This document shows positions 23,368-39,277 of a stretch of DNA of 64,000 bases, one piece after another; within the stretch, counting starts at the first letter, position 1; each line of letters begins with the position of its first letter. This DNA is from Marsupella aquatica (Eukaryota; Plantae; Marchantiophyta): assembly GCA_973895155.1 (NCBI GenBank), contig OZ316895.1:12593929-12657928 (forward strand). The letters are read 5' to 3'. Below the pieces are notes generated by a model that saw nothing but the letters and a program-made list of their open reading frames with translations, made no database searches and was not told the DNA's origin. The position numbers were made by a program, and so were the translations under genes.

Positions 23368-25514
23368 GGTGTACAGTAGACTGAGGTGATTGATTGGATC
23401 CCCGCCTGGACGGAGTCGAGGAGGTAAGTATCTTCCTTGGGATTCTACAAACGAAACGCAGTGACGTTAGCACGCTCTGTTAGCAAAGGAGTACTCCTAG
23501 GAGTCGAGTCCGATGGGTGTCAGTGAGATCTAGAAGCGAAAGACAGTAGGTAACTTGGACTGATATCGGATCGATGATTTAGTTCCGAACGTCGATGATT
23601 GTATATATAGTCGAAGGGGATCGCTGAGGATTGGACTGATTGGAGTTACTTGGAGAGGAGGAGATGGAAGTACGCACGGAACAGCCGACGTCGTTGGACA
23701 GAACCCACATGGAGGGCGGAGGAACAATGAGTTTGTCGATCTACAGTAATTGTGGGCCGCGTGGCGGCAAGGGCCATCCTAGATTCCAAACCCTCGACCG
23801 TCCGGAGAGGACCTGGCCTTGTGAGATCTTAAGGACCCAGTCTACAGCACCGCGTGTAGCAGTGTACCATTTGCAGATGTAATTATAGGTACTTTGTCGT
23901 TACAAAAAACGGGACAGTCATGCTCAAGAGTCAAGTCTGGCACTGCTTCAATCCTTGGACTAATTGATTAAGTTCTGGTGGGTAACTGGGTACTTCTGTG
24001 GATTTTGTTACAGCATGATTCTTTCAGCACCGTTGATTGTAGCCGCAGATCAAATTAAAAGTGTACAAGAGATGAACGTAAGGAGTAAGTTACAAAGGAG
24101 ACGAGAAATTTCCATCCGTTGTCATTTGTTTGTCTGGACGCCTTTAATTAATTGAATCCATTCAGGGAAAGTGGGAAACAGCTTTCCATCCGTTTTGGAC
24201 GGGGATGTAGGTAACATGTAAGATGTCGCTGACACAGTCCACCAATGGTGGATTGAGTTGGGTGTTCAATTTTGGACATCGGAACTTCGGATGATTTGGT
24301 TCTGATTGCAGGCGGTGGCCGGTGTTACTAATAGTTGAATACGGAGGGGATGGAACACACCAGTAAGTTATCTCAGAAACCGCTGAGACAAAGTCCATGG
24401 CAACGGCATAGGACCTTCCCTGGGCGTCCCTTCCCTCCTATGCATGCTAATTTCATATAATCTATGTATAGAAAAGTGTTTGAAAACACCAGTGGTCCCA
24501 TAATAATGGTGAAACCTCGTGGATCAGACGAATCGTCCAGAACTTCCCTCGTTTGATTAATGGTGAAACCTGGTGGATTAAGGTCTGATGACGTTATTTT
24601 GAGCCGGTCTTACATAAGCCCCTCTACCTGCTCCGAGTCTTTTACGCCCATCTACCGCGCGCCACCTTCATCGTTACCTGTCATGAATTATTTTCTGAAG
24701 ATTATTGACCGAGTGGTTCACAAATTGATGTCCACATGCACAAACATTTACGAACTACGCCCAGAGGTGTTCAGATGCAGTGGTCACCCAGTAAAAAGCT
24801 TACATCTGGACCAAGTGTACTAGACAGAATTCCTTTTACAAAATGCGACAGAAAAGGTAACCTGCAACAGTTTGATCTCTGTGGAGCTCCTGAAAATGTT
24901 CTGCAATAACTGATTCAGAAGAACAAATCCACCTAACCAAAGCTGAATTTGGAAGAGCTCTCTTCGTACGTACTAGTGACTGTGAGTCTCACTTGTCTGC
25001 CTGTCTGGTGAATGAGCTAGACTAAGCACAGATTGCGTGTGGATGGAGAATCCCGGCGAGGGACAATTTATGTTTCTGTTCGGATATGTTGCATAGAGAC
25101 TCTCTCACAGTACTTCAAGTACAGCAAAGAACAAGTCGCGCGCGGCCCGATCACTCCTGTAGTCGCCCGTTCATATGAGGCACCCGAACTAACGGACTTC
25201 ACAATTACGCTGTTGAACTGAACGAGTCCAGGAATTTAGGGAACTGGCCAGGGGTTTGGAGGCAGCAACTCGAGCTGAGTTAGGAACCAAAGATCTTCAA
25301 GTCCTCCTCGACAGGAAGCGCATAGTAAATAATTTCCCAGCTCTGTAAACAATCTCCAGAGACTTTCATCGGAAGAATTTCGAAAACATCATATCGTAAG
25401 CGACAGAAATATGAATTTTATCAGAAACGACAAACCCGTTGGATCAGATCATTTTCAAAGTTTGAACTAGCTCATCGTGCTCAGAAAACTGTTTTGATGC
25501 ATTTGCAATTCCAG

Positions 25515-25900
25515 ATGATATATCACAAGAACAAGAGGCGCCCAGAACGGGATACAGGTCCCACAGGCAAAAGGCCCAAAGGGGAGGCCAGCAAAAAACC
25601 CACAAAGAAAAAAGTCCACCAGTCGGACCCTATCTATGGGCAAATTGCAAAGCCTGGGACCCTATCTATCAAAACTCCAAAGCCTGCTAGAGCTCCCGGG
25701 TGTGGGTGCACTGCATAGCGGAGTGTAACAACTGGAGCTCCGGGGTGGGTGCACTGCATAGCGGAGTGTAACAACTACCCTAGTGCCAACAGACACACCC
25801 CTACAAGAATAGTGAATGCCTGAGCCCCGCTGGCTAGCTTGCAACTCACACTCTTGCAACTCACACTCTGTGTCAAAAAAAGACCATGATGACGGACACT
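25515..25900 (-). mobile_element. probable non-LTR retrotransposon 3' fragment containing a 44-bp tandem duplication (25690-25776)
   Basis: Minus strand ends ..CTTGTGATATAT like the CRE-type copies; GGGTGCACTGCATAGCGGAGTGTAACAACT occurs twice. Confidence 0.5.
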
Positions 25901-27112
25901 GAGGATAAGGCCTCGACATTGCGTTAAATCCAGATTAGATAATTGACCTCCCAGACTCAATCGGTCTACGGACCAGGGGTTTTGATAGATGAAATCATTT
26001 TCAAATTACACATCTTGCTACATCCAGATTGGATGACTGAGTCGAGACTCAGAGCATCTCCAACCCAACGGGGTTTTGCTTACTGGTACACAAAATAGGG
26101 CATTAAAATTTTGAAGTTTTTCCAGGAGGTAGAGGCTTGGAAGATTAGCCACCCAAGGTATCCACTGTGGCGGCAAGGTTGTTCATTCAGTATCGGAAAA
26201 TTTTAAATATGGAATTGACACTAGAATAACAGAAAATTGCAAAGGGTCGTAACTCCACATTGCATTTAGGGAGAAGGCTAGGAGGGGAGCCAGGGTGAAA
26301 ACAAACTACTGTAGGTCACAAACACAGCATACTCCAATAAGGCGTCTCAAAAATTAGAAATCCGCAGGAGTGGCCCGGACTGCAGTCCGCTGAATTATGG
26401 CCCAAAAGTAGGGTCGCATCCACAGTATTGGGCACAAGCAGAATAGCGGTACTCATGGTGTTGCGGCTACCCAATGCCATGAAAGACAGCAGCAATGTCA
26501 TCATTGAAGCAGGCAAAGTCACCGTGCAGAATGCAAGTCCCAGACCTGAATGTCCGGTTAAGAAACCGGCCGACCGACCAGAATTCATGGGCCGGGGGTT
26601 GCTCAGTCTCATTCCTGGTCAGCCAAAAATGGCCATGATTGTCAATTTTGAGACACCCTGGCTAATATTTAGGGGTGCTGGACTTGGGGTTGGGAGTTGA
26701 AGGATGTTCAATAATATTTGGAAGGGACACTAATGTCTGATCCCAAACGGCAAGCAAATGGTTTGCTCTGACTGTGGCAATCACTGCTAGTCTGATCCCA
26801 AACTCACTCCTAGCTCTTACCTCGCCCTCCCTCATCCTCCAAACTTCGTCTTCCGCTTAATTTAACCAGAATTGATGTCACCCCTTCTCTTTTTAGACCT
26901 CTGCAAACCTGAAAAATCCCAGCAATAGAGATAACTGTGGGAGAGATCTGAAAAATTGAAAATCTGAGAATGGATAGAATGGACAAGCTAGAGTAAGTTC
27001 TTCAAAAAATTATGAAAACCTTACAATCTTGGCCGTGGAGCTATTTTCTTTATTCAAGACTGTGATCCTGAACTAAAATATATAGGGGATTATTGGCAAT
27101 GACACGGGTTTA

Positions 27113-27267
27113 GCAAGCCTTACTGCAGGGACATTTGGGTGACTGCCCTCGTGTGGCTGCCCTGTCTCTTGGCCGGACTAGTGGGTTTTTGGCGTGTTGT
27201 GGTCCCGGGCTGCCGTTGTACCTAGTCTGTTTTTTTTCTGGGTTTCCCCAGGTTTGATTTTTTTTTA
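27113..27267 (+). mobile_element. 155-bp 5'-truncated LINE 3' UTR insertion with 15-bp TSD
   Basis: TSD AATGACAC(G/A)GGTTTA at 27098-27112 and 27268-27282; absent from copy B; shares GTTGTGGTCCCGGGCT with the LINE fragment at 8559. Confidence 0.7.
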
Positions 27268-27359
27268 AATGACACAGGTTTACAATAAGTACCTGCACAA
27301 CTCACACAATTCCCATACACATTTGACTACCAGAGAGGTTTGTGTTATTTATTGATGCA

Positions 27360-29323
27360 CTAGCTCAATACCTGTGCGTTGCACAAAAGAAGTTGTGTCG
27401 GCCAAGATGTCGTTGAGAAAAAAAAGATGTCATGTCGGCCAAGAGGTCGTTGAGAGAAAAGAAGTCATTGAGAAAAAAAAGATGTCGTGTTGGCCAAGAG
27501 GTCGTTGAAAAAAAAGTTGTCATGTCGGCCAAGATGTCGTTGAAAAAAAGATGTCGTGTTGGCCAAGACATCGTTGAGGGGAAATACCCGTGCATTGTAC
27601 AAAAGATGTTAAGAAAAAAGATGTTAAGAAAAAAGATGTTGTGTCACCCAAAATGTCATTAAAATAAAGATATCGTGGCACCCAAGATATTGTTTAGAAA
27701 ACAGATGTTATGGCGCCCAAGATGTCATGTCCCCCAAGATGTCATGTCCCCCAAGATGTCACTAAGAGGAAAGTGTTGTGGCACCCAAAATGTTCTTAAG
27801 AGAATTATATGTTGTGTTTCCCAAGAATAATGTTCTTATGTGAAAGATGTCATGAAGTAAAAAGATATTGTTAAGAAAAAGAAGTCATTTTGCCAAAGAT
27901 GACATGTTGCCCAAAAGGTCATCAAGTAAAAAATTGTGTCAAGTAGATGTCATGTGGCCAATGATGTGATTACGCTAAAGATGTCGCTAAGTATTAAGAT
28001 GTTGTTAAGTACAAAATGGTCAATAGATAAAGTATGTCATTACTCAAAGATGTTGTGAAGTAAAAACATGTTGTTAAGTACATCTCGGGCCTGATACCCG
28101 TGCATTGCACAAATGATGCATGTTGAGGTGAGAAAATATATCAAGGTGAGAAAAGATGTCGATAAGAGAAAAACATTTTGAGCTGAGAAAAATATGTCAA
28201 GGTGAGAAAAAAAATGGCATATTAGAGAAAAACATTTGGAGGTGAGAAAAATATATCAAGGAGAGAAAAGATGGCGAGATGAGAAAAAGATGTCAATATG
28301 AGGAAAAATGTTGAGGGTGAAGAAAGATGTTGTGGTGAGATAAAGATGGCCAGGTGAGAAAAATATGGCAAAATAAGACAAATATAATATATATATCGAG
28401 GTGAGAAAAGATCTCAAGGTGAGGAAAATATGTGAAGATGAGCAAAGATCTTGAGGTGAGAAGATCTTAATATGAAGAAAAGATGTCAAGATGAGAAATT
28501 ATTTGAAATTATTTCAAAAAAAATTAGAATTATTTATATATGAATAAATTTAATTAAAATTTGATTAATTTTTTCATTGTGGCAGATATGAGAAGGTTAA
28601 AGGGTAGTTTGGGGCAGGAACTTATTTTTAGAAGGGGTGTATGGATAGATCTCTGTGGAAAAAATTATGTTTTGATGAACATTCAAGATTGATTGTCACT
28701 TTTTTTAGTTTGTAAAGGGACAGGCAGGATTATAATGGTACATGGTAAAGGGAGATCTCCTTGATACTCTTGCATTGCTAGAGACTCTCCTTATTTTCTT
28801 TGTATTATTAAATTCATTTTTTGCTTGGTTCTCCATTTTCATTCACATAGGAAATCATTCTTTCATGTTTTTCATTTTGGGATATTGCAAATTTGAATGA
28901 CTACTATAAAAAAGTAACATTTTATTATAGATTTTGACATTGTCCTTGTCATCTAACGTATTGTGTTTAATTAACCTATTTAAATTAAATTAATATAATT
29001 ATTATATTTTACAATATTGTAATACTTGCAATAATACATAGTATAGTATATATTATGTAGTTTTATATTTCATGTATATGGGTCAAGAACCTCCTTGATA
29101 CTCATGCATGTACATTCCCTCTCTTGTTTTGTGTGGCTCTGTCCTTTTGCATCTCCCATTTGATTCCCCTCTTGTTTGGAATGCAATTATTACTGTTTTG
29201 GTGTACACTAAATTTAATGTAACCTTGATTCCTTCTCTTTGACATAATTAATGTTTTTTGGACACTGCAAATTAGAATAACCAGCACTTCAAAAAAGGCG
29301 CAACCTTGTATTATTGTTTAGGA
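27360..29323 (-). mobile_element. composite non-autonomous Helitron with two minisatellite types
   Basis: Minus strand starts A|TC at 29323 and ends TGTGCAACGCACAGG..CTAG|T at 27360. The paralogous site at about 40980-41000 is empty and there is no TSD. Confidence 0.85.
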
Positions 29324-31682
29324 TGTCTTGTAGGCATCAAGTTCTCCCCTTGGGATCGAAATAGAAGTCGAAGACCAGTCAGAACTACTACAGAAGAAGA
29401 TGTCAGCCAAAGTTTGTAAAGCATAGGACGTAAAATTACGTGGATAATGTCCTAGGGAATCTGCTCTAAGAAGTACCCTTTATAAATTAGCATGTCTTTT
29501 AAAACTGATAGCAAGGAATAATTCTAGAACATGTGCATGTAAATAGTACCAGGATTACGCGTGATTATGAGAAGTTGACAAAAGTTGACCCTTGACCCCA
29601 TCCCCTGAAGGACCGGCCCCTCACTGCACCTAACTGGGTCTTTCAATAAAGTGCTCCTTTCAAAAAAACCAAACAAAAGTTGGCTTGATGGGCGTAGATG
29701 AAAGTGTTGTTACAGTTTGGAAGGAGTGTATTTTTGAAGGTTTTTTATTTTTAGCCAGTGTGATGAATGTTTGCTTCTCTAAGGGAGAGAATTCTAGGAA
29801 TATTCTCTGCCAGATTTTACTGAATTAAATGTTGACCATCAGATATCCCTAGATTTAAGGAGGACCCTTAGATTCTGGCTAATGGGGCCCATGATTTGGT
29901 GGAAGAGTGGCTAATGGTGTCAGAAAAATGTAGCTAATATTAGCCAAAAATGGCGAAAGGTTTTTGGGGAGGTGGAATTTGGCTAAAATTTGCACTTATA
30001 TGCTGTTTGGAACCCCTAGGACAATGTTGTACGACCAGTTCTTCTAAGGTGGCCAAGTGCACATTTGCCCTTCTGTGCTTTACCATGTTGCACTGTGGAA
30101 CACCCTAGTTTAGGGTGAGATAGTGCACCCTAAACAATAACAAAAGCCTAAAGACACTCATAATTATCATGTTAGTTTCTTTTGATGCTGGGATGGATCA
30201 CACATTTGAATTCAACACTCCGATGGACTCCAAAGAACCAAAATGCCCCCCGTCCTCCCCCCCCCTTCCGTTTCCAATAAATTTGTGAAGGAGATAGGAC
30301 CCTGTCAAATAGTAATAAAACTTTAAAAGCCTGGTGCAGCTCCTGTTGTAAAGTGCATGGAAAGGTATGTTTAATTGTACGTGAACGTGCTCCTGACCTG
30401 GGTGCATCCTAGGCCCATGGTCTAGAGGTCAAAAGTGGTGGGGTTCCAGTGAACGTCATTAGACAACTTCTCCTTTGACCCATGTCCACATGTTCACTTC
30501 CAATTGCAATGCAAATATGAACTGCCATGATGGTTCATTCGTCAGTGGACTTTGTTTCTGCCAAGGCCTATCATAATCCCCCACGTTTGACCATTAATGG
30601 TGATTGAGACTGGCCTAGTAGAGGAAAGGAGTGACAGCCACATAGTAGGGGAAGGGAGTCAAACAAATAGAGGAAGTGGTGGAATTTTGGGAACCTCCCT
30701 TTTATGTAGTGAACAGCGTGTCTATGCGAAGGCTCCAGGGATTAGACCACCACCTAGCACTTATCCACGGAACTCACCTGTAAGTGCATGAGCTAGCATT
30801 CATGCACTTTTCCATATGTGCATGGTTTTCACTATCAAGTAAGTGCATGGAAATTGCTTATGCAGTTAGTGGTGTTATCAGATCATACACATAATTGGAC
30901 TCCTCTTACCCCAAAGCCTTCATATTGTGCATTTCAAGGGTAAATCGATGAAACTAATTTACTTGGGTGTTTGTTGCACTTACCTACAAATACTTCTTTT
31001 TGGAGTGTATTGCAGTAATAGACAAATGCATGTGTACACTTGTAGACAGAAATGCACTTTACGCATTTGTCTTGTAGTGTCAATATTTTGTGGTTTAGTG
31101 AGGGTCAAGCTTCACATATGCAACTGCACCTTTTTTTAACATTTACGAAGGAAATCTTCTAATATTAGAGGACTACATGGTCTGGCTGCACTTATCCAGA
31201 GATAGATTTTTTCACATTGCACTCAGACATGGTTCGCTGCAAACCCTGTGGGTGGTTTGAAATCCATTTCTATATATAAACCCTTCAGATAAAAGTAGCA
31301 TTCATTTGAGAGCAGCCCAGGGAAGGTCTTACCTCCCAGCCTTGGACTTTGTCTCAGCTTGTTCCCAGAGAACTTGCAGTACAATTGTACTCCATGTATC
31401 TCCCAAGTATGTCGATTCGTCAAGTCTGCAACTCGAAACTATAAGTAACGCCACAGCCCACAACCAGAACCAAATCATCCGAAGTTGAGAATCCAGCCCA
31501 GTTCATATGTTCATAGGAGCCTCGTTGCCTACAGCATCCAAGCTCGGAAATCTCACTGACTTTAATCGTATTCACTCGACGAATTTCCTCTGCACTGTTT
31601 TGATCACCGAACGTGCGAATTGACACAATTGTAGTTTGAATTTTTTTGTATCAACCGATCGAACACTCCAGTGTGGTGCACC

Positions 31683-32792
31683 ATGGCCAAGTCGATGGCG
31701 TTTCTGGGACTGGTGCTGCTTATGGCAGTGGCGGTACAGACAGCTCGTGCGAGTGATCCGGAACTTACCACGGATTTCAACGTGACGAATCCGACTGTGG
31801 ACAATTTCACCTTCACCGGATTCCGCAACCCTCAGCCGCTAGGCCCAGGAAAGGCAGCGCCCACGCCCGCCCCTATCCCAGGGCTCAGCGGGCTGGGCCT
31901 CGCGGCTGTGCTGTTCGAGTTCGGCCCAGAGTCGCAGATTGATCCCCATACTCACCCTCGCGCCACCGAAGTGTTTTATGTGCTCTCAGGTATGGACAGT
32001 TTAGAATCCCTGTTCCTCCTCAGATATCCGAGCGAGTCCTTGTTCCATAGTATCAATGACGGATGTGCTTTTACACGAACGTCACTTCAATCCCAGCCAT
32101 ATGCGTGACGTATTGTCCAATCCCGATCAGTGACTTTCGTAGGGCCGGACCACTTTGACAGCTGCTTGTTTACACTCGAATCGAACTAGCTCCCATTATG
32201 ATCATTTGAATATATGCAAGATTTCGTATTTGTATCTTGATTCATTACACTCAACTCTGGTAAGCTCTCTGGTCACTGATCTGTGTAGCTCGATCAAGTT
32301 CACTTATCTGTTTGTCACATAATTTAGATGATCATGTGACCAAGTTGTGGTATCGTTGTCCAAAGAAAAGGTCCGTACTGTGAAGTGTAATTATGTCAAA
32401 CACATCAAGAATCTCAATTTTCGGCATAAGAGTAGAACGATAAACGATTGTTGTGCTGTACGTGAATTGCAGGCTCATTGGACGTGGGATTCGTGGACAC
32501 CGCCAACAGTCTGTTCGAGATTACAGTGCAGGCGGGCGATATCTTTGTGTTCCCCAAGGGATTGCTGCACTGGCAGCGCAACAATGGTCATGGAACAGCT
32601 TCAGGCTACTCGGTGCTCTCCAGTGAAAACCCCGGCACTCTCCTCGTTGCCGAAGCTCTGTTCACCTCCGGCATGAAGGGTCTCCCTGATATTGTTCTCG
32701 GCACTGCCTTCGGTATCAGTACCAGCAACCAGAATATAGACCAAATCAAGCAAGCCGTTGCTACCAGGAACAATCAGACCTTGCATTTGTAG
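31683..32792 (+). CDS. GLP: germin-like protein 3, 208 aa, 2 exons
   Basis: Exons 31683-31989 and 32473-32792; intact frame, germin boxes B and C; TATA-like CTATATATAAA at 31270-31280. Confidence 0.95.
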
Positions 32793-33852
32793 TGTTCTCA
32801 GACTGGCCATGAAATAACGACAGCATTCATTCGGATGCCCCCTCGCCAAGGGACTCGTCAGGATTTCTGTGCATTCTTTGGAAGCAAATTCTGTAGAAAG
32901 CTCGACGAGGATACAACCGTCTGCACTAGCGTACCTGTGGGTGGTAGCCTCAACATGAAGCCTTCTAAAGTAGATTCATGAGCGGTCGATGTCCGGGTCA
33001 TGAGTTAATAAGGCAGGGGAGTGGTATTTGTATTTTAATGGACGCTGCACGTCAAATGAGTCGATGCTGTTCTTATCAATCAAAAATTGTGAATTGCAGT
33101 TGTCAAAATTCGCACCATATATGTGAAAGTCTCCGGTTTTGATTGAGAATTTTTGGACACATGATCTACGCTTCGATTTTCCATGATTGACAGAATCAGA
33201 AACGTCACGTGCATTGACTGACTTGACCTCGTGACGAGAATTCACTCAAAAGTATAGAAATTGTTGGAAAAGCACATATTTTACCGTCGGTGCTGTACTT
33301 GGGACTTATCCAGCCTCTGGAGTCACCGTCGGCAGCATTTTCGCGTCTCCCGGCCGACTGCGGTGACTTGGTCGCGCTGGGGTGTTGACGCTAAGCTGGA
33401 TAACAATTCTAACCCACAATAGTTCTCTATGGAGCAGCGCGATCTTGATAAACTTTGGACTGCACAACATTCAGAACTGCCTTCTGTTCAATACAAAGGA
33501 GGTCTGAGATGGTCAGAATGTAAGAGCAAACTCCTCAAAAAACGGGATTCTGAATGAACTGATCTCTTCGTTTTCTCAATCAATGGTGATAGCCTGCAAC
33601 AAAGTCACTGACTGAAACTGCATATTATCTCAAGGAGTTGAACTAGTGGAATAACATGGGGTTATCCTTTTGTCAGATATTGCTATCACACAGTTCACCT
33701 GATTATCACACAGTTCACCTTGTTCATTGATTAACGCCGCTTTAAAATATACTAGCCTGACTGCCCTGAGCTTAAATAGAATTGAAAAGTTTTTAAACAT
33801 TGAAATAAATAAATCTACACTCTTTTTGGTTATCTTTTTGGTTATCTTTGTA

Positions 33853-35613
33853 TCTACTCACTATAATATATAATCCCATATAATATATAATCCCGTATAA
33901 TATAATCCTGCTTTTGCTTTTTCTACTCATCATTTACGTACGAATTTCACTTTTGGAGGGAACTCATTATGATCCTTGGATTTAAAATTTAATTTTTCCT
34001 GCCCATCAGATCTTATGTAAGGAAGAATAAAAGAGTATGTTCTAGCCTTAGGCACTTATGGGCTCCCACCCACACCTAGACTCATACACTAACATCCACA
34101 AAAAGGTCATTGGAAATTGAGTGAATTGAAGTGTGACTATCATGGGTAGGTGGGCCTGCCAAGAAAATCTAAGTAGACCCCACATTACATTTGGAACATG
34201 ATGATTGCCCTCTTCAAGTAAAGTAAAGACAGAGAAAAATACAAATAAAGTTGTGACTTCAAAACGTATATATTATTTGTAGGAAAGTGAAAAAAAAATT
34301 AAGTCTATTGGGAGTAATCAAGAAATTTTATTTTTTCTATTCTCTCTATGAAATAGTTTTTCCAAGTGATATTAACACTCAATCCTAAATTCCTTTCTGC
34401 AATACCTTATTGACCAAAGACAGAATGGCCTCAAGAATAAAATGGCCCCAACAACTAAATGGCCACACTGATAATTGATTGTAACAATAAAATGGTTGTA
34501 ATTACAGTGGTGCAATGCACGGGCAATGTGTTTGTATATAGGTCATATTTAAAATTTTATTATACAAAACTATCCCATCTCAAAGCTTTCCTGCAATTGA
34601 CAAAGGTGGAAAAGGAAGGAACAAATTAGTACCATGGCAAGAAAAAGGGAGGGCACAAAAGAGGAGGAAAAAAAGTGAATTTCTCTCTCAATAGAGGGCA
34701 ACCACACTTGACCCTGTGACACCCCACCCAGGGCCGCACCCACCGCCCTCTGTCTTGCGTTCCCTCCCACGCTCTTGCTCTCCCCCACAACATTGCTTTC
34801 ATAATAACACTTTGGGACATGAATTGTCTCAACATGTTTGCCTCAACTTGACAATTTTTCTCACCTTGACATATTTTTATCTCCTCAATATCTTTTTCTC
34901 ACCTTGATATATTTTCTCATATTCACATCTTTTCTCAGTCTCCTTGACATCTTTTACTCATCTCAATGTCATTTTTCACATTGACATTTTCCCTCTCCTC
35001 TGCATCTTTTACTCACCTCAGCATGATTTTGTCAATTTCACATCTTCTTCTCTCGTTGACATGATTTCTTCTCCTTAATATCATTTTTTCACCTTGACAT
35101 CTTTCATTGACATTTTTTCTCACCTCGACATTTTTTCTTTCACCTTGATATTTTTTTGCTTCTCAACATCTTTTCCTCGCCTCAACATCATTTCTCATCT
35201 CAATATCTTTTTCTCTCCTCACATTGATATTTTCTCTCGTCGACATCTTTTGCTCACCACATCTTTGCTCACCTCAAAATCTTTTCTCTTCTCAATCTTT
35301 TCAATGACATGTTTTCTCTCCTCTACATCTTTGTTCATCTCAATATCTTTTTTCTTTTTGACATCTTTTATCATCTTGATATCTTTTGTTTACCTTGACA
35401 TCTTTTTTCTCCTCAACATCTTTTATCACCTGGACATCTTTTGCTCACTTTGATATCATTTTTCCCCTCGACATCTCTTATCATCTCGACATCTTTTCTC
35501 TCCTCAACAGCTTTTACCAGCTCGACATCTTTTGCTCATTTTGACATCATTTCTCTCCTCGACATCTTTTATCACCTCGACATCTTTCGTGCAACGCAGA
35601 GGCATTGGACTAG
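33853..35613 (+). mobile_element. non-autonomous Helitron with about 19-bp minisatellite (34840-35590)
   Basis: 3' end CGTGCAACGCAGAGG..CTAG|T at 35588-35613; candidate 5' A|TC at 33853; internal second hairpin GTGCAATGCACGGG at about 34510; region absent from copy B. Confidence 0.78.
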
Positions 35614-35634
35614 TAGTATCTATATGTTTTGTGC

Positions 35635-35746
35635 ATCTTTTAGATTTGTCCTATTGAAAGTCATCATCCATTTTGTAATTATTTGGAGATCTTTTAGATT
35701 TGTCCTATTGAAAGTCATCATCCATTTTGTAATTATTTGGAGATCT
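35635..35746. repeat. exact 54-bp tandem duplication
   Basis: ATCTTTTAGATTTGTCCTATTGAAAGTCATCATCCATTTTGTAATTATTTGGAG occurs twice. Confidence 0.9.
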
Positions 35747-36908
35747 AGAGATTGTGAGTAGTGTCCAAGTTTATTCTAGTTCACTTACACATGCAATGGG
35801 TTAATTCAGTATGTGCTGTAGATGTTGACTTACCCAAATCTCCCCAAAACTTCACGGACAGCTGAATTAACCCTCAGCTGTTCCCTTCCGTTATAGCCGT
35901 AACTTACAGACGACATGAACTATGCTGTCACGAAGCCCACTCCTTGCTATCAAATGGTTGGTAGGTTTAAGTTCTTATGTCAAGACTGGTCTGGACTGTC
36001 CTTTGCCAGGAGCAGAGCGTCTCGATTTGGTGTGATTTCGTCGAAGTGGTCAAACTGAAAGCCAGAAATCGATCGTACCATAGCTACAGTAGATTGATTT
36101 TTAGAAGCAATTGAAAGACACGTCTCTTTCCTAAAAGTATTACATATTTTCGGTGAACTTAGATGTCGGATTCCACTCCTGACGCAAATTAAAATAGCTG
36201 TACGACGGCAGCGAAATTCAAGAAATTTGGTATAGATATGGCCGGAGAGAATGCAAGCAACATGCTACCAGAAAAATTCAAGAAAATTGGTACACAGGTG
36301 GCCGGAGAGCAGGTACACAGGTGGCCGGAGAGCAGGCAAGCAACATTCGATGTCCTCAACAAAATAATAACTACAAAGAAGTAGCGGGTTTGACGTCAGC
36401 GGAGACGCCTTTGTTTTTGAGATATACAATCACAATTCTAGGAGATAATGGAAGACAGAATTTGCCTGCCGACCAGAAATATACCGGCAACCGAGAGTGC
36501 TGACGTATCATATTTGCATGTAGGAGCTTCTCCATTATCTACAAAGGAAAATATTAGTTTCTTAAACCAATATATCATGAAGCTATGTGGTACTCAGTCA
36601 ATGAACCAGATCTCGGTTCATTACTTCAAGATTACTTATGAGACAAAACTTAAGGCATGGAATTCATGTCGCTTCAAATAAGCCATTACATCTTGAAATC
36701 TACAGACCGTATGTTGGAGAAACATAGAGTGACGTACACTTCATACGCTGTTGTGTTCAAGCTATTCCATCGACTTCAGACCTACAGAAACCACCCCCTA
36801 ATTAACAAGCAAGTATCTCGTGGATTACAATCCTCTACTGTTAGTAGCCCGGCTAAGTTACTAGTTAAGCAAAACTGCTCAGATATCATCGCCCTCGCTC
36901 AGAAACTA

Positions 36909-39277
<2,369 letters not shown>

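Noticed and set aside
27360-35613. Idea that the flanking Helitrons captured and duplicated GLP3
   Set aside because: Both Helitrons are absent from copy B, so they inserted after the duplication, and they are in opposite orientations.
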